Positions 36,800 to 46,542 of a DNA stretch of 46,606 bases are shown in pieces. The translations under genes were made by a program, and so were the position numbers. Position 1 is the first letter of the stretch. The number at the start of each line of letters is the position of its first letter. The stretch covers positions 1-46,606 of the forward strand of contig JAKLKB010000003.1 of NCBI GenBank assembly GCA_023150835.1, written 5' to 3'. The notes beneath the pieces are model-generated. The model saw only the letters and a list, made by a program, of their open reading frames with translations, did no database searches and was not told where the DNA came from. This DNA is from Myxococcota bacterium (GTDB taxonomy: Bacteria; Myxococcota_C; UBA6777).

Positions 36800-37200
36800 G
36801 ACGCCATCGAAAAAGAAACGACGTGCTCGCACCATACCAAGCGAGAGAGTCGCCTGTGTGAAACACTTGTGTTCATTTCGCCAACACGGGGTCCATAGAG
36901 CCGCGCTCCCTTGCAGGGCGTGGGGCAGCGCCCCATAGGCGTTAGGTGAAGCGGAGGAAAGCCCCCCACCCCGCCCTCCCCCGTGAACAGGGGAGGGAGC
37001 GAAAGTCGGAAGCATCGGGGATTTTGTTTTTTCATGACGCACGCTGTATGCACGACACGCAGACGCTGCCCGTTCCAACTTCCCCCCGTTCACGGGGGGA
37101 TTGAGGGGGGGCGACAAAAGAAACGGCGATCAGGCTAGACTATCCGGTGTTTCCACCTTAACAAGGCGCGTATGGGGCAGCGCCCCACAAAGCAAACCCA
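36800..37200. repeat. Degenerate MITE family A copy plus an inverted pair of C-rich REP-like palindromes
   Basis: ggggtccatagagccgcgctcccttgcagggcgtggggcagcgcccca; ccccaccccgccctcccccgtgaacaggggaggg vs tccccccgttcacggggggattgagggggg. Confidence 0.7.
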
Positions 37201-37331
37201 AAAAGCTACTCCTCTTTGAGACCAGACCTCCGCTCAGCGGGTCGTAGCCTCGGCTCCATCCTGTTGTATCTGCATCCGGATCTCTGAAACGCCTTCCTCT
37301 TCCAACCACAACACACCTTGGGAGCGTCCCC

Positions 37332-38666
37332 ATGCACAAGATCGGATTGTTTTTTGGTCTGCTTCTTTTGTTCTCCATCGCCGCTTGCGAATCGGTCCCA
37401 CCCACCCACGAACAAACCCCTGAAATCGTCCTCGAAGCGGCCCTCGAAGCCACCGCAGAGTCCGCCCCCACCGAAACCCCCTCCACAGAAAAAACCTCCG
37501 AAGCCAACACCGAACCAACTCCCCAAGAAGTCCCCCTCCCCACCGAGACTCCCGCAGATACCGCAAACGAACCCACCGCCGAAGCCACTTCGCCCCCCGA
37601 CGGCAGCATCCCTGAATCTACGCCCGAATCTACGCCCGAATCTACGCCCGAATCTACGCCCGAATCTACGCCCCCGACACTTCCACCCGCAGGAAACCCC
37701 AACGGCAAATGCGCCATACCCACAGAAGCTCAGACGGAAGACACCTCCAAACCCACGACTGTTGTCGGCACAGGAACCCCACAAAGCTGCACTTCCGATG
37801 CCTTTGTTAACGCCGTAGCCAAGGGCGGGATCATCACCTTCAATTGCGGTCCCAACCCCATGACGCTCACACTCACCCGCACCGCCAAGATCTTTAACGA
37901 CAAAGGCCCCAAGATCGTGATCGACGGTGGAAACAAGATCACCCTCAGCGGCGACGGAAAACACCGCATCCTTTACCAAAACACCTGCGACCAACAGCAA
38001 AAATGGACGACTTCTCACTGCCAAAACCAAGATCATCCCCAACTCACCGTACAAAACATCACCTTCATCAAAGGCAACGCCAAAAACCTCGACCCCTACG
38101 GTGGCGGCGCGATCTTTGTGCGCGGGGGCCGCTTCAAGATCATCAACGCCCGTTTCTTCAACAACCTCTGCGATGATACAGGCCCCGATGTCGGCGGGGC
38201 AGCCGTCCGCACCCTCAGCCAGTACAACAACCTCCCCGTCTACGTCGTCAACAGCACCTTTGGCGGTCGCACTGATCTCGGCAACGTCTGCTCAAATGGC
38301 GGTGGACTGAGCAGTATCGGCGTCTCTTACACGGTGATCAACAGCCTGTTCTCTCACAACCGCGCCATCGGCAACGGAGCCAACCCCGCCAAAGCCGGCA
38401 CCCCGGGCGGCGGTAGCGGCGGAGCCATCTACAACGACGGCAACACCTTCACGCTTTCCCTCTGCGGCGTTCACATCCACAACAACACCGCCAACGAAGG
38501 CGGCGGAGCCATCTTCTTCGTCAGCAACGACCGCTCTGGCAAACTGATCATCCAAGACTCTTTGCTCGAAAACAATCCTAGCAAAGGCTTTGAAACCAAA
38601 GGATATCCCGGCATCTTTGTACTCGCGAACGGTCCACCACAGATCACCAACTCCACTCTCAAATAA
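37332..38666 (+). CDS. Lipoprotein with Pro/Glu/Thr-rich linker and a probable right-handed beta-helix domain (GGAI repeats)
   Basis: Lipobox IAAC; GGGAIFV, GGAAV, GGAIYN, GGGAIFF with Asn ladders. Confidence 0.75.
   Translation: MHKIGLFFGLLLLFSIAACESVPPTHEQTPEIVLEAALEATAESAPTETPSTEKTSEANTEPTPQEVPLPTETPADTANEPTAEATSPPDGSIPESTPESTPESTPESTPESTPPTLPPAGNPNGKCAIPTEAQTEDTSKPTTVVGTGTPQSCTSDAFVNAVAKGGIITFNCGPNPMTLTLTRTAKIFNDKGPKIVIDGGNKITLSGDGKHRILYQNTCDQQQKWTTSHCQNQDHPQLTVQNITFIKGNAKNLDPYGGGAIFVRGGRFKIINARFFNNLCDDTGPDVGGAAVRTLSQYNNLPVYVVNSTFGGRTDLGNVCSNGGGLSSIGVSYTVINSLFSHNRAIGNGANPAKAGTPGGGSGGAIYNDGNTFTLSLCGVHIHNNTANEGGGAIFFVSNDRSGKLIIQDSLLENNPSKGFETKGYPGIFVLANGPPQITNSTLK
37614..37673 (+). repeat. 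Perfect 12-bp tandem repeat x5 (ESTP)
   Basis: gaatctacgccc x5. Confidence 0.95.
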
Positions 38667-38817
38667 CACCCACGCCCCACCAACCCACGCCCCACAAACT
38701 CAACCACACCATCGCTGTCCATAAAAAGATTTCAAGATTTTTTGAGACCCGACGTACCCCCCACCGACTATCACGAGCAAGACGGCCCGTTTCCCACCAA
38801 AGGACGATACATCCATC

Positions 38818-39552
38818 ATGTGTCCCTTGACCTTGCCACCCATTGCACGCGAAAGTCACGCCCCTGCATGGCCCCCAAGCCACGCAGAGCAGCCACCGCT
38901 GTCCACTCTATTCACTCCTAGCGAGGGACTTGCAAGCGTGAAACCAGAAAAAACCCCGTCATGGGAAGAAGATGAAGAACTTGCCCGCCGACTCATTACT
39001 CGCGAGCGCCAAGCGTTTGATATCTTTTATCAAAGATACGCTCCTGTGCTTTTACGCCGCCTATATCGGATGACAGGAGATCGCCAGCAGGCTCAAGAAT
39101 TCTTACAAGAAGTCATGATCGAAGTAATCGAATCCTTACAAAACTACAGAGGCACAGGCGCGCTCGGTGCTTGGATCAATCGCATCGCCACCTTCATCAT
39201 GATCGACCACTTCCGACAAAAACAACGCCACGCGGGGTTTTGGGAGCGCTGGTCCAACCAACTCGCGTCGCTCCATGAACGCCCCACTCCTCTCCCGCAG
39301 CAAGCCATGGAAAGCGACGAGATGCGCGAACTTGTCCGCGCTCAGCTCGAATACCTCTCGCCACGCAAACGGATGGCTATCCTTCTGTGCGATATCGAAG
39401 GGCTTTCCCTTGAAGAAGCCAGCGAACAAATGGCTATCCCCGCAGGGACTGTCTCTTCGCGTTTGCATCACGGCAGGCGAGAACTCAAACAACGCATCAA
39501 GAATGAACTCAAACGACGCGGTTTAGCCGTAGAGGACGCCCTCCATGAATAA
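38818..39552 (+). CDS. ECF sigma-70 factor (alternative GTG start at 38938)
   Basis: AFDIFYQRY, AQEFLQEV, AWINRIA, LSPRKRMAILLCDIEGLSLEEAS...GTVSSRLHHGR. Confidence 0.92.
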   Translation: MCPLTLPPIARESHAPAWPPSHAEQPPLSTLFTPSEGLASVKPEKTPSWEEDEELARRLITRERQAFDIFYQRYAPVLLRRLYRMTGDRQQAQEFLQEVMIEVIESLQNYRGTGALGAWINRIATFIMIDHFRQKQRHAGFWERWSNQLASLHERPTPLPQQAMESDEMRELVRAQLEYLSPRKRMAILLCDIEGLSLEEASEQMAIPAGTVSSRLHHGRRELKQRIKNELKRRGLAVEDALHE

Positions 39553-40918
39553 GACACACCACGACAACACAACGCCGCCAACCTCTCCGCCTCGTGGACT
39601 CGAACGCTCCCCGTTATCGGACGCCGAAGAAGCGCAGATCTTACAACACGCTCGCGATCATGTATGGCAGCGCTATAGCCAAAATCTTGCACCACAAGCC
39701 AGAACTGAGCGAACCCGCCCGTACGACAAACCTCACAACGAGCCTCGTTCCGCCTTCGCTCCTTCGCGGCTCTGGCCGCTCGCTCCTGTCGCGGCCCTTG
39801 CTGCGGGGATGCTGCTCTGGTGGAAACCCTCGAAACCACCGACAGAACCGCTCTCCTTCCAAGGCGAAGCACGTATCGGAAACCGACCTTCTTCACAACA
39901 CACAAAAACGTCCTTCACACAACGCTCCCTTGCGCTGATCACCCAACAAAAGTCCGCCACCCTCCAAGCCGCAAAGCGTTGGCATATCACGATCGCCGCT
40001 CAAAGCGCCCTTGCCATCGAGCAGATCCATCCGCAACACCACCGCCTACAGCTTCGCAAAGGTGCGATCACGGTCGACGTCACCCCCCAACAGATCCAAC
40101 TCTTCGAGATCGCGTTGCCGCATCACCACATCCACGTCAAAGGAACCCGCTTTACTGTCGAGCGAACCCCTCGCGGATGGCATGTCGAAATGGAAACAGG
40201 ACGCATCGCCCTTGTCCCCGCAACTCCCCAACTCTCCGCAACTCCCCGCACTCCCGCACCGATCTTTTTACAACATGGCCAAGGGGCGCGTGTCGCCCAA
40301 TCCACCGGCAAGATCGAGACCTATCCACTCCCTCCAACCTCTCACCGCGATCCCTCCAAGCGCGTCGCATGGTGGCTCGCTCAAAACGCCCCACACATCG
40401 CCCTGCGTTGGTTGGCCGATCGCCTTGAACGCTACCCCAACGAAAAAGTCTTTTATGCGCGAAACCTCCAAGAGATCGCCGAATACTACCGCGCCAAAAA
40501 AGATATCCCCCGTGTCCTCTCGATCTTGGTCGATATCCACAAACGCGATATCCCCAATGAAAGCGAACTCGCTCTCCCCGAAGCCTTGGCCCTTTGCCGC
40601 ACCGTCGCAACCCATCCCGCTTGTATGCAAGTCTTCCAACTCTCCCTCCAACAAAAGAACCCCGGCCCCTTCGCCGAACATGCCCTCTTTTGGTTGGCCG
40701 TCGGCCTACACCAACAAGGCGCTTCTTCTCAAAAAGAAAGCAAGAAACTTCTGTGGCGTTATATCCAACAATTCCCCAACGGCGAGCATCTCCCTCGCGT
40801 CCTCGCGCTCTTGCAAAAAACCACCCCCTCCCATCAACTCTGTGCGTCCATCGCCAAACACCTCCCCAAACACAACCAACGGCCCACATGGTGGAATCGT
40901 CTATGCGCCCCGCGTTGA
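39545..40918 (+). CDS. FecR-domain anti-sigma factor with a C-terminal TPR-like region
   Basis: Overlaps the sigma stop; one TM; LQLRKGAITVDV...HVKGTRFTVE...VEMETGRIAL; AEHALFWLA...RYIQQFPNG. Confidence 0.82.
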   Translation: MNKTHHDNTTPPTSPPRGLERSPLSDAEEAQILQHARDHVWQRYSQNLAPQARTERTRPYDKPHNEPRSAFAPSRLWPLAPVAALAAGMLLWWKPSKPPTEPLSFQGEARIGNRPSSQHTKTSFTQRSLALITQQKSATLQAAKRWHITIAAQSALAIEQIHPQHHRLQLRKGAITVDVTPQQIQLFEIALPHHHIHVKGTRFTVERTPRGWHVEMETGRIALVPATPQLSATPRTPAPIFLQHGQGARVAQSTGKIETYPLPPTSHRDPSKRVAWWLAQNAPHIALRWLADRLERYPNEKVFYARNLQEIAEYYRAKKDIPRVLSILVDIHKRDIPNESELALPEALALCRTVATHPACMQVFQLSLQQKNPGPFAEHALFWLAVGLHQQGASSQKESKKLLWRYIQQFPNGEHLPRVLALLQKTTPSHQLCASIAKHLPKHNQRPTWWNRLCAPR

Positions 40919-40920
40919 TC

Positions 40921-41781
40921 GTGGAATCGCCTACGCACCCCACGTTGCTCTCTGCTTATCGGATCTCACAAGACTTTCCTCCATCTCACACTCGTTCGCT
41001 TTTGTCTTTACGAGGTGCGCTTCTTTTTCTCTTCTTCTTTTTTCTCTACTCGTATGGCTGCGGTATGGAATCCATACAGCTTCTCCCAGACGGTTCTGCT
41101 CAAACGGAGACCGACCCAGACGCCTCTCCCAACGACAACCCCACCGACACCGAAGCCAGCCCAACCGAAGATCCACACCCCAAAGAAACCACCCCAGAAA
41201 CAGCCGTCGAACTCCCCCCCCCCGACGCCACTTGCCCCAACGCCCAAGGCGACGAGATCCAGATCTGGCTCTCCCCCAAAAAAGACAGCCTCTTCTTGAT
41301 CGGGAAAGCTGGAACACAAGGCGCTTCCGCTTCTGTACGTTTCGTGATGCCACCCTTTTGGGTGCCGACACCTTCCATCCTTTGGAGCGATGCCCAAGGA
41401 TTATTCGCAGCCAAGATCACACTCGATCTTCAAAACGATCAAGATATCTTCGTTCAAGCAGCGACGTGGTGTCGTAAATTCAATATCTCTTTGCTCGCAG
41501 ATCGTATGCGAGAACGCTACCTCGAATCCATCTCCATCCCGATCCTTCGCGTCGGCCAATCCACCACGCTCCGCTTCCGCTTGCTCGGTATCCCCGCATC
41601 CAATCCCGTCGCCTTCTCTTCTCACCCACAGATCGCACAGATCGAAAACGTCACCTCGCAACGCACCGCCCAAGAAACCCTTCTATCCGTCTCCGTCCGC
41701 GCACGCACCCAAGGCAGCTTTACCTTGCTTGTCTTCGATCCTTCCTCCCTTCCCTTTACCGTTCAACTCAACGTCGAATAG
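40921..41781 (+). CDS. Hypothetical lipoprotein with acidic Pro-rich linker and beta-rich domain (start uncertain)
   Basis: Hydrophobic stretch then SYGC lipobox-like motif; in-frame GTG 2 bp after the fecR-like stop. Confidence 0.6.
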   Translation: MESPTHPTLLSAYRISQDFPPSHTRSLLSLRGALLFLFFFFLYSYGCGMESIQLLPDGSAQTETDPDASPNDNPTDTEASPTEDPHPKETTPETAVELPPPDATCPNAQGDEIQIWLSPKKDSLFLIGKAGTQGASASVRFVMPPFWVPTPSILWSDAQGLFAAKITLDLQNDQDIFVQAATWCRKFNISLLADRMRERYLESISIPILRVGQSTTLRFRLLGIPASNPVAFSSHPQIAQIENVTSQRTAQETLLSVSVRARTQGSFTLLVFDPSSLPFTVQLNVE

Positions 41782-41788
41782 CCTTCTT

Positions 41789-41903
41789 ATACGAAATCCG
41801 AATGATCTGTGATCGAAGGAGAGCGCCCAGACGCCCGATTGTTGGGCAGCCACAGGGGGCTGCCCCTACATTTTTACGCTCACACTACAGGCGGATCTCG
41901 TAT
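41789..41903. mobile_element. MITE family B (115 bp), reverse orientation
   Basis: atacgaaatccg...gggcagccacagggggctgcccctac...cggatctcgtat; its right end plus flank is duplicated at ~41952-41990. Confidence 0.8.
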
Positions 41904-42126
41904 TCTCTGCCGTTCCTTGCGCCGCCCCCCATACACGGCGCGTCACCGAGACTCACACTACAGGCGGATCTCGTATTCTCTGCCGTTCCTGCCCACACGA
42001 AATTGTTTGAAGATGTCGGCGCGTCTCGCGACAAGACTTCTCGCCCGTGTTTGTCTTTTGCATCATCATCCAAAGGGCTTTGTCATCTCCATTCATCGTC
42101 TCATGGGTCATTTGTAAGGAGTTTTC

Positions 42127-45100
42127 ATGTGTACACAACGAACCATTCTTCGCCTTTTTGGCACACGCATCAAAGAAATACTGATGGCGTGTCTGCTGGC
42201 CTTGGTCGTTTTTCTCGGGTGGGGAAAACAAGCAAGCGCTCAAAATTGCAGTGGAAATCAAAAAGCCGATGTTCTCTTGCTGCTTGATCAGTCTGGATCG
42301 ATTAGCAACGACAAAGCGTGGGACGATGCGATCGGAAATCTTTTGGATAAGTTCTCTGCAAACATCCGATTTGGTCTGATGTTTTATCGCGCAACAGGCG
42401 TTCTCGAAGTGGCCATCGCAGACAACAACGTCGCCGCGATCAAAGCCAAACTCGCTGCATCCAAACCTTCGGGACCAGCGCGTTTTCGCCAAGCGATATT
42501 GGACGCCACAGCCTACTGGGTTCAACACATCACCGCCGATCCCACCAGCACCCGCGCTCGCTACACCTTCCTGATGACCGACGGCGGCTCCAACGACGGA
42601 AGCCCTGTCCCCGAGATCACCGCACTGCGCAACCTCAAAGTGGGAGCACAAACCTACGATATCAAAACCTTCGCCGTTGGCTTCGGCAACACCATCGCCC
42701 AAACCGAACTCGACGGCTACGCCATCCCGGGCGGTACCACCAAAGGCTATCTTGCGACCACTGCCGCTGCCCTCGTCCAAGCCCTCGAAGATATCGCCAA
42801 ACAGATCGGAACCGAGGTCTGCGACGGCATCGACAACGATTGCGACGGCCAAATCGATGAAGGTCTGACCCAAGCTTGTTATTCTGGCCCCGCCGGAACA
42901 CAAGGGATCGGAGGTTGTAAGGGAGGCACCCGAAGCTGCACCAACGGGGCTTATGGGGCTTGCGTCGGCGAAGTCGTCCCCACCACCGAAGTTTGCGACA
43001 ACACCGACAACAACTGCGACGGAAAAGTAGACGAAACCTTTACCGACATCGGACAATCCTGCACCGTCGGCGTCGGCGCTTGTTTGCGCACAGGCGTCAA
43101 GATCTGCAACGCTGCAAAGACGGCCACTGCTTGCTCTGTGCAAGCAGGAACTCCCGCAGCATCCGAGACCTGCGGCAACAATATCGACGACAACTGCGAC
43201 GGACGCACCGACGAAGGCTGCGGAACAACCTGTACTGATGGACAAAAACGCGCTTGCTATACCGGCCCTTCGGGAACCGCAGGCAAAGGCATCTGCAAAA
43301 ACGGCGAACAAACCTGTACAGGCGGAAACTGGGGCAACTGTGTTGGACAGGTCTTGCCCGGCGTCGAAACCTGCGATGGGATCGACAACAACTGCAACGG
43401 AACGATCGACGAAAACCTCGCCCAAGCCTGTCGAACGGCCTGTGGCAGCGGTACCGAGACCTGTAGCGGCGGAAAATGGGCCAATTGCACCGCACGCCAA
43501 CCAAGCCCCGAAGTTTGCGGAAACAACGTCGACGACGACTGCAACGGCCAAGTCGACGAAGGATGCTCAGGCTTCTGCAAAGAAGGCGAGACCAAAGCCT
43601 GCTACAGCGGCCCCGCAGGAACGGCAGGAAAAGGCGACTGCAAGACGGGAACACAGACGTGTACCAACGGCGCATGGGGTGCTTGTACAGGCGAAATCCT
43701 CCCAACCACCGAAGTCTGCGATGGCAAAGACAACAACTGCGATGGGAGCATCGACGAAGGCGTCCGTCGCGCTTGCAAGACCGCTTGCGGCGATGGATTC
43801 GAAAACTGCACCAACGGCGCGTGGGGCAAATGCTCCGCCCCTGAACCTTCTCCCGAAGTCTGCGACGGCAAAGACAACGATTGCAACGGCAAGATCGACG
43901 AACACAAAGACTGCAAATGCAACGACCAAAGCAAACGCCCCTGTTATAGCGGCCCCGCAGGCACCGAAGGCGTTGGACCTTGCAAAGCTGGCGAACAAAC
44001 CTGCGCGGACGGTGTATGGAGCGCTTGCGTCGGTGAACGCAAACCCGCCGAAAAAGAGCTTTGCGGCAACAACGCAGACGACGATTGCAACGGCAAGATC
44101 GACGAAAATTGCGGAACACAGTGCAAAGAAGGCGAAGAACGCGCTTGCCAAGCCCTTTGTGACGCCGGAAAACAAAAGTGCGTCAACGGCAACTGGGAGC
44201 TTTGTGTCGGAACTCTCAAACCCACCATCGAGATCTGCGACGGCAAAGACAACGACTGTGACGGCCTGATCGACGAAGACCTGATCCGCTCTTGTTCCAC
44301 CGCTTGCGGAACAGGCGTCCAAAAGTGCGAAGGCGGAAAACTCGGACCCTGCCTTGCTCGCCAACCCGAAGCCGAGATCTGCGATGGACTCGACAACAAC
44401 TGCGACGGAAAAGTTGATGAGGGCGCACAATGCCCCAATGGGGCCACTTGTACCGACGGGCAATGTCCCAATGCTTGCCGAAACAGCGAATGTCCGACAG
44501 GAAAAGTCTGCACCAACGGCTTCTGTGTTTCTAAAACTTCTTGTGCAGATATCACTTGCAAAGACGGACAGTTCTGCCAAGGCGGCGTTTGCGTCGAGAC
44601 ATGCAGCGTCCTCCAATGCCCCGCAGGACTCACTTGTTGGAAAGGCCAATGTGTCGCTCCCGACTGTTACGCACTTGGCTGCCCAAGCAACCAGATCTGC
44701 GTGCGCGGCCAATGTATCACGGACCCTTGCGCAGGAGTCCAATGTCCCGCTGGTGCCGCTTGTTCCAAAGGCCAATGTGTCGCGCCTTGCAGCCCTGCTT
44801 GTGCGACAGGCGAGACTTGCAACAACGGAAAGTGCGAAAAAGACCCCTGTTCGGGGGTTTCCTGTAAAGCAGGCGAGATCTGCTTTGTTGGCCAATGCCT
44901 CGGCGATCCTTGCAAAGACGTCACTTGTCCTGCAGGCCGCGTTTGCGTCAATGGCGGTTGTACCGAAGATCCTTGCGAGCTAGTCCGCTGCCCAAGCGGC
45001 CTTGGCTGCAAAAACGGCCAATGCGAAGACCTCTGTAAAAATGTAAGCTGTGACGCTGGAAAAGCTTGTAAAGACGGAAAATGTGTCGAGAACAATTGCT

Positions 45101-46095
45101 ATAACCTCGGATGCAAAGACGGCGAACGTTGCCGACAAGGCAAGTGCGAAGCCGATCCTTGTAAGTCTGTTTCGTGCGACGCCAACGCCTTTTGCCGTGA
45201 CGGAAAGTGTATCCCTTCCTGTGCCACAGTCCAATGCACCGCTGCACAACGTTGCGTCGATGGGACTTGCGAAGCTGATCCTTGTGTCGCAGCCCAATGC
45301 TCGGGCGGCCAGATCTGCATCGCAGGCCAATGCAAAGACGATCCTTGCAAAAACGTCACTTGTTCCAACGGCCAAGTGTGCAACACAGAAGGCAAATGCG
45401 CCGATGACCCCTGCGCAGATATCCAATGCCCCACAGGTGCGGCTTGCCAAGCAGGACAATGCGTCGACGCCTGCAAAAGTGTGAAATGCCCTGACAACTT
45501 TGTCTGCAAAACAGGCATCTGTGTGGAAAAGAACTGTTATAGCGAAGGTTGCAAAAGCGGCGAGCGTTGCCGACAAGGCAAGTGCGAAGCCGATCCTTGC
45601 CTCAGCAAAACTTGTCCAAACGGCAGTTTCTGCCGAGACGGAGACTGCGTAAAGTCCTGTGCGGGTGTTTCTTGCGACAGCGGCAAACGCTGCAAGGACG
45701 GCGTTTGCGTGGATGACCCCTGCAAAGACGCTGCCTGTGGCCCCCAACAGTTCTGCAACCAAGGCACTTGCCAATCCAACCCTTGCACACAGATCGTCTG
45801 CGGCAAAAACCAAACGTGCGACCCACTCAAAGGCACTTGTACCGACGATCCTTGCGCAGATATCAAATGCCCTGACAAACAGGTCTGCGAAAACGGCCAA
45901 TGCACCGCCAATACCACCGTCGATCCCAAAAACGACGAAAAGACCATCGGTGATGGCGGCCCCAACGACGGAACCAGCGAAGAAGGCGCTGCTCCGGTCG
46001 GTTGCGGATGCTCGACCCAATCCACCGAACCGATGTACTGGCTGTTTGCTTTGTTGCTGCTCGTCGGGCTACGCAGACGCCGTCTGACGGCCTGA
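42127..46095 (+). CDS. Large surface protein: vWA domain + many Cys-rich DNDCDG (MopE-like) repeats + Cys-rich DPC repeats + MYXO-CTERM anchor
   Basis: Signal peptide; LLLDQSGS and MTDG MIDAS motifs; repeated E.CDG.DN.C.G..DE; C-terminal GCGCST...WLFALLLLVGLRRRR; AGGAG RBS. Confidence 0.9.
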   Translation: MCTQRTILRLFGTRIKEILMACLLALVVFLGWGKQASAQNCSGNQKADVLLLLDQSGSISNDKAWDDAIGNLLDKFSANIRFGLMFYRATGVLEVAIADNNVAAIKAKLAASKPSGPARFRQAILDATAYWVQHITADPTSTRARYTFLMTDGGSNDGSPVPEITALRNLKVGAQTYDIKTFAVGFGNTIAQTELDGYAIPGGTTKGYLATTAAALVQALEDIAKQIGTEVCDGIDNDCDGQIDEGLTQACYSGPAGTQGIGGCKGGTRSCTNGAYGACVGEVVPTTEVCDNTDNNCDGKVDETFTDIGQSCTVGVGACLRTGVKICNAAKTATACSVQAGTPAASETCGNNIDDNCDGRTDEGCGTTCTDGQKRACYTGPSGTAGKGICKNGEQTCTGGNWGNCVGQVLPGVETCDGIDNNCNGTIDENLAQACRTACGSGTETCSGGKWANCTARQPSPEVCGNNVDDDCNGQVDEGCSGFCKEGETKACYSGPAGTAGKGDCKTGTQTCTNGAWGACTGEILPTTEVCDGKDNNCDGSIDEGVRRACKTACGDGFENCTNGAWGKCSAPEPSPEVCDGKDNDCNGKIDEHKDCKCNDQSKRPCYSGPAGTEGVGPCKAGEQTCADGVWSACVGERKPAEKELCGNNADDDCNGKIDENCGTQCKEGEERACQALCDAGKQKCVNGNWELCVGTLKPTIEICDGKDNDCDGLIDEDLIRSCSTACGTGVQKCEGGKLGPCLARQPEAEICDGLDNNCDGKVDEGAQCPNGATCTDGQCPNACRNSECPTGKVCTNGFCVSKTSCADITCKDGQFCQGGVCVETCSVLQCPAGLTCWKGQCVAPDCYALGCPSNQICVRGQCITDPCAGVQCPAGAACSKGQCVAPCSPACATGETCNNGKCEKDPCSGVSCKAGEICFVGQCLGDPCKDVTCPAGRVCVNGGCTEDPCELVRCPSGLGCKNGQCEDLCKNVSCDAGKACKDGKCVENNCYNLGCKDGERCRQGKCEADPCKSVSCDANAFCRDGKCIPSCATVQCTAAQRCVDGTCEADPCVAAQCSGGQICIAGQCKDDPCKNVTCSNGQVCNTEGKCADDPCADIQCPTGAACQAGQCVDACKSVKCPDNFVCKTGICVEKNCYSEGCKSGERCRQGKCEADPCLSKTCPNGSFCRDGDCVKSCAGVSCDSGKRCKDGVCVDDPCKDAACGPQQFCNQGTCQSNPCTQIVCGKNQTCDPLKGTCTDDPCADIKCPDKQVCENGQCTANTTVDPKNDEKTIGDGGPNDGTSEEGAAPVGCGCSTQSTEPMYWLFALLLLVGLRRRRLTA

Positions 46096-46161
46096 ACCCG
46101 ACTCGTTCTCTTCACGCATCAGGATGTATGCGAAACAAGCATTGAGGAAAAAAAGAAAAAC

Positions 46162-46542
46162 ATGAAACAATTTGGAAGAATGTTCGTGTTTCTGTGGATG
46201 ATGGCCCTTGGCGTACTGGCCTGCGGCACACCCGCTGACAAAGCAGGTGTGGGTGCATCTTGCAAACAAGACACCGATTGCAAACAAGAAGGCCAAAAAT
46301 GCCTCACCCAATTTAAGCAGGGATACTGCGGCATCGCAAACTGCACCAAAAGCGCCGATTGCCCGCAAGGTTCAGCGTGCATCACCCACACCGACGCAAA
46401 GAACTATTGCTTCCGCATCTGCGCCGACAAACCCGAATGCAACGTCAACCGCCCCACCGACGCCGAGTCCAACTGCTCAGCCAACGTCACTTTTGTAAGC
46501 GGCGAAAAAGGCATCAAAGCCTGCATCCCTCCCGCTGGTTGA
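46162..46542 (+). CDS. Small Cys-rich lipoprotein
   Basis: Lipobox VLAC; GASCKQDTDC, CTKSADCPQGSAC. Confidence 0.8.
   Translation: MKQFGRMFVFLWMMALGVLACGTPADKAGVGASCKQDTDCKQEGQKCLTQFKQGYCGIANCTKSADCPQGSACITHTDAKNYCFRICADKPECNVNRPTDAESNCSANVTFVSGEKGIKACIPPAG

Noticed and set aside
40011-41477. 488-aa alternative-frame ORF
   Set aside because: Low-complexity Ser/Pro frame overlapping the FecR-like and lipoprotein genes; results from C-rich codon usage
41953-46020. Long - strand ORFs (532, 442, 346 aa etc.)
   Set aside because: Antisense shadows of the repetitive Cys-rich gene
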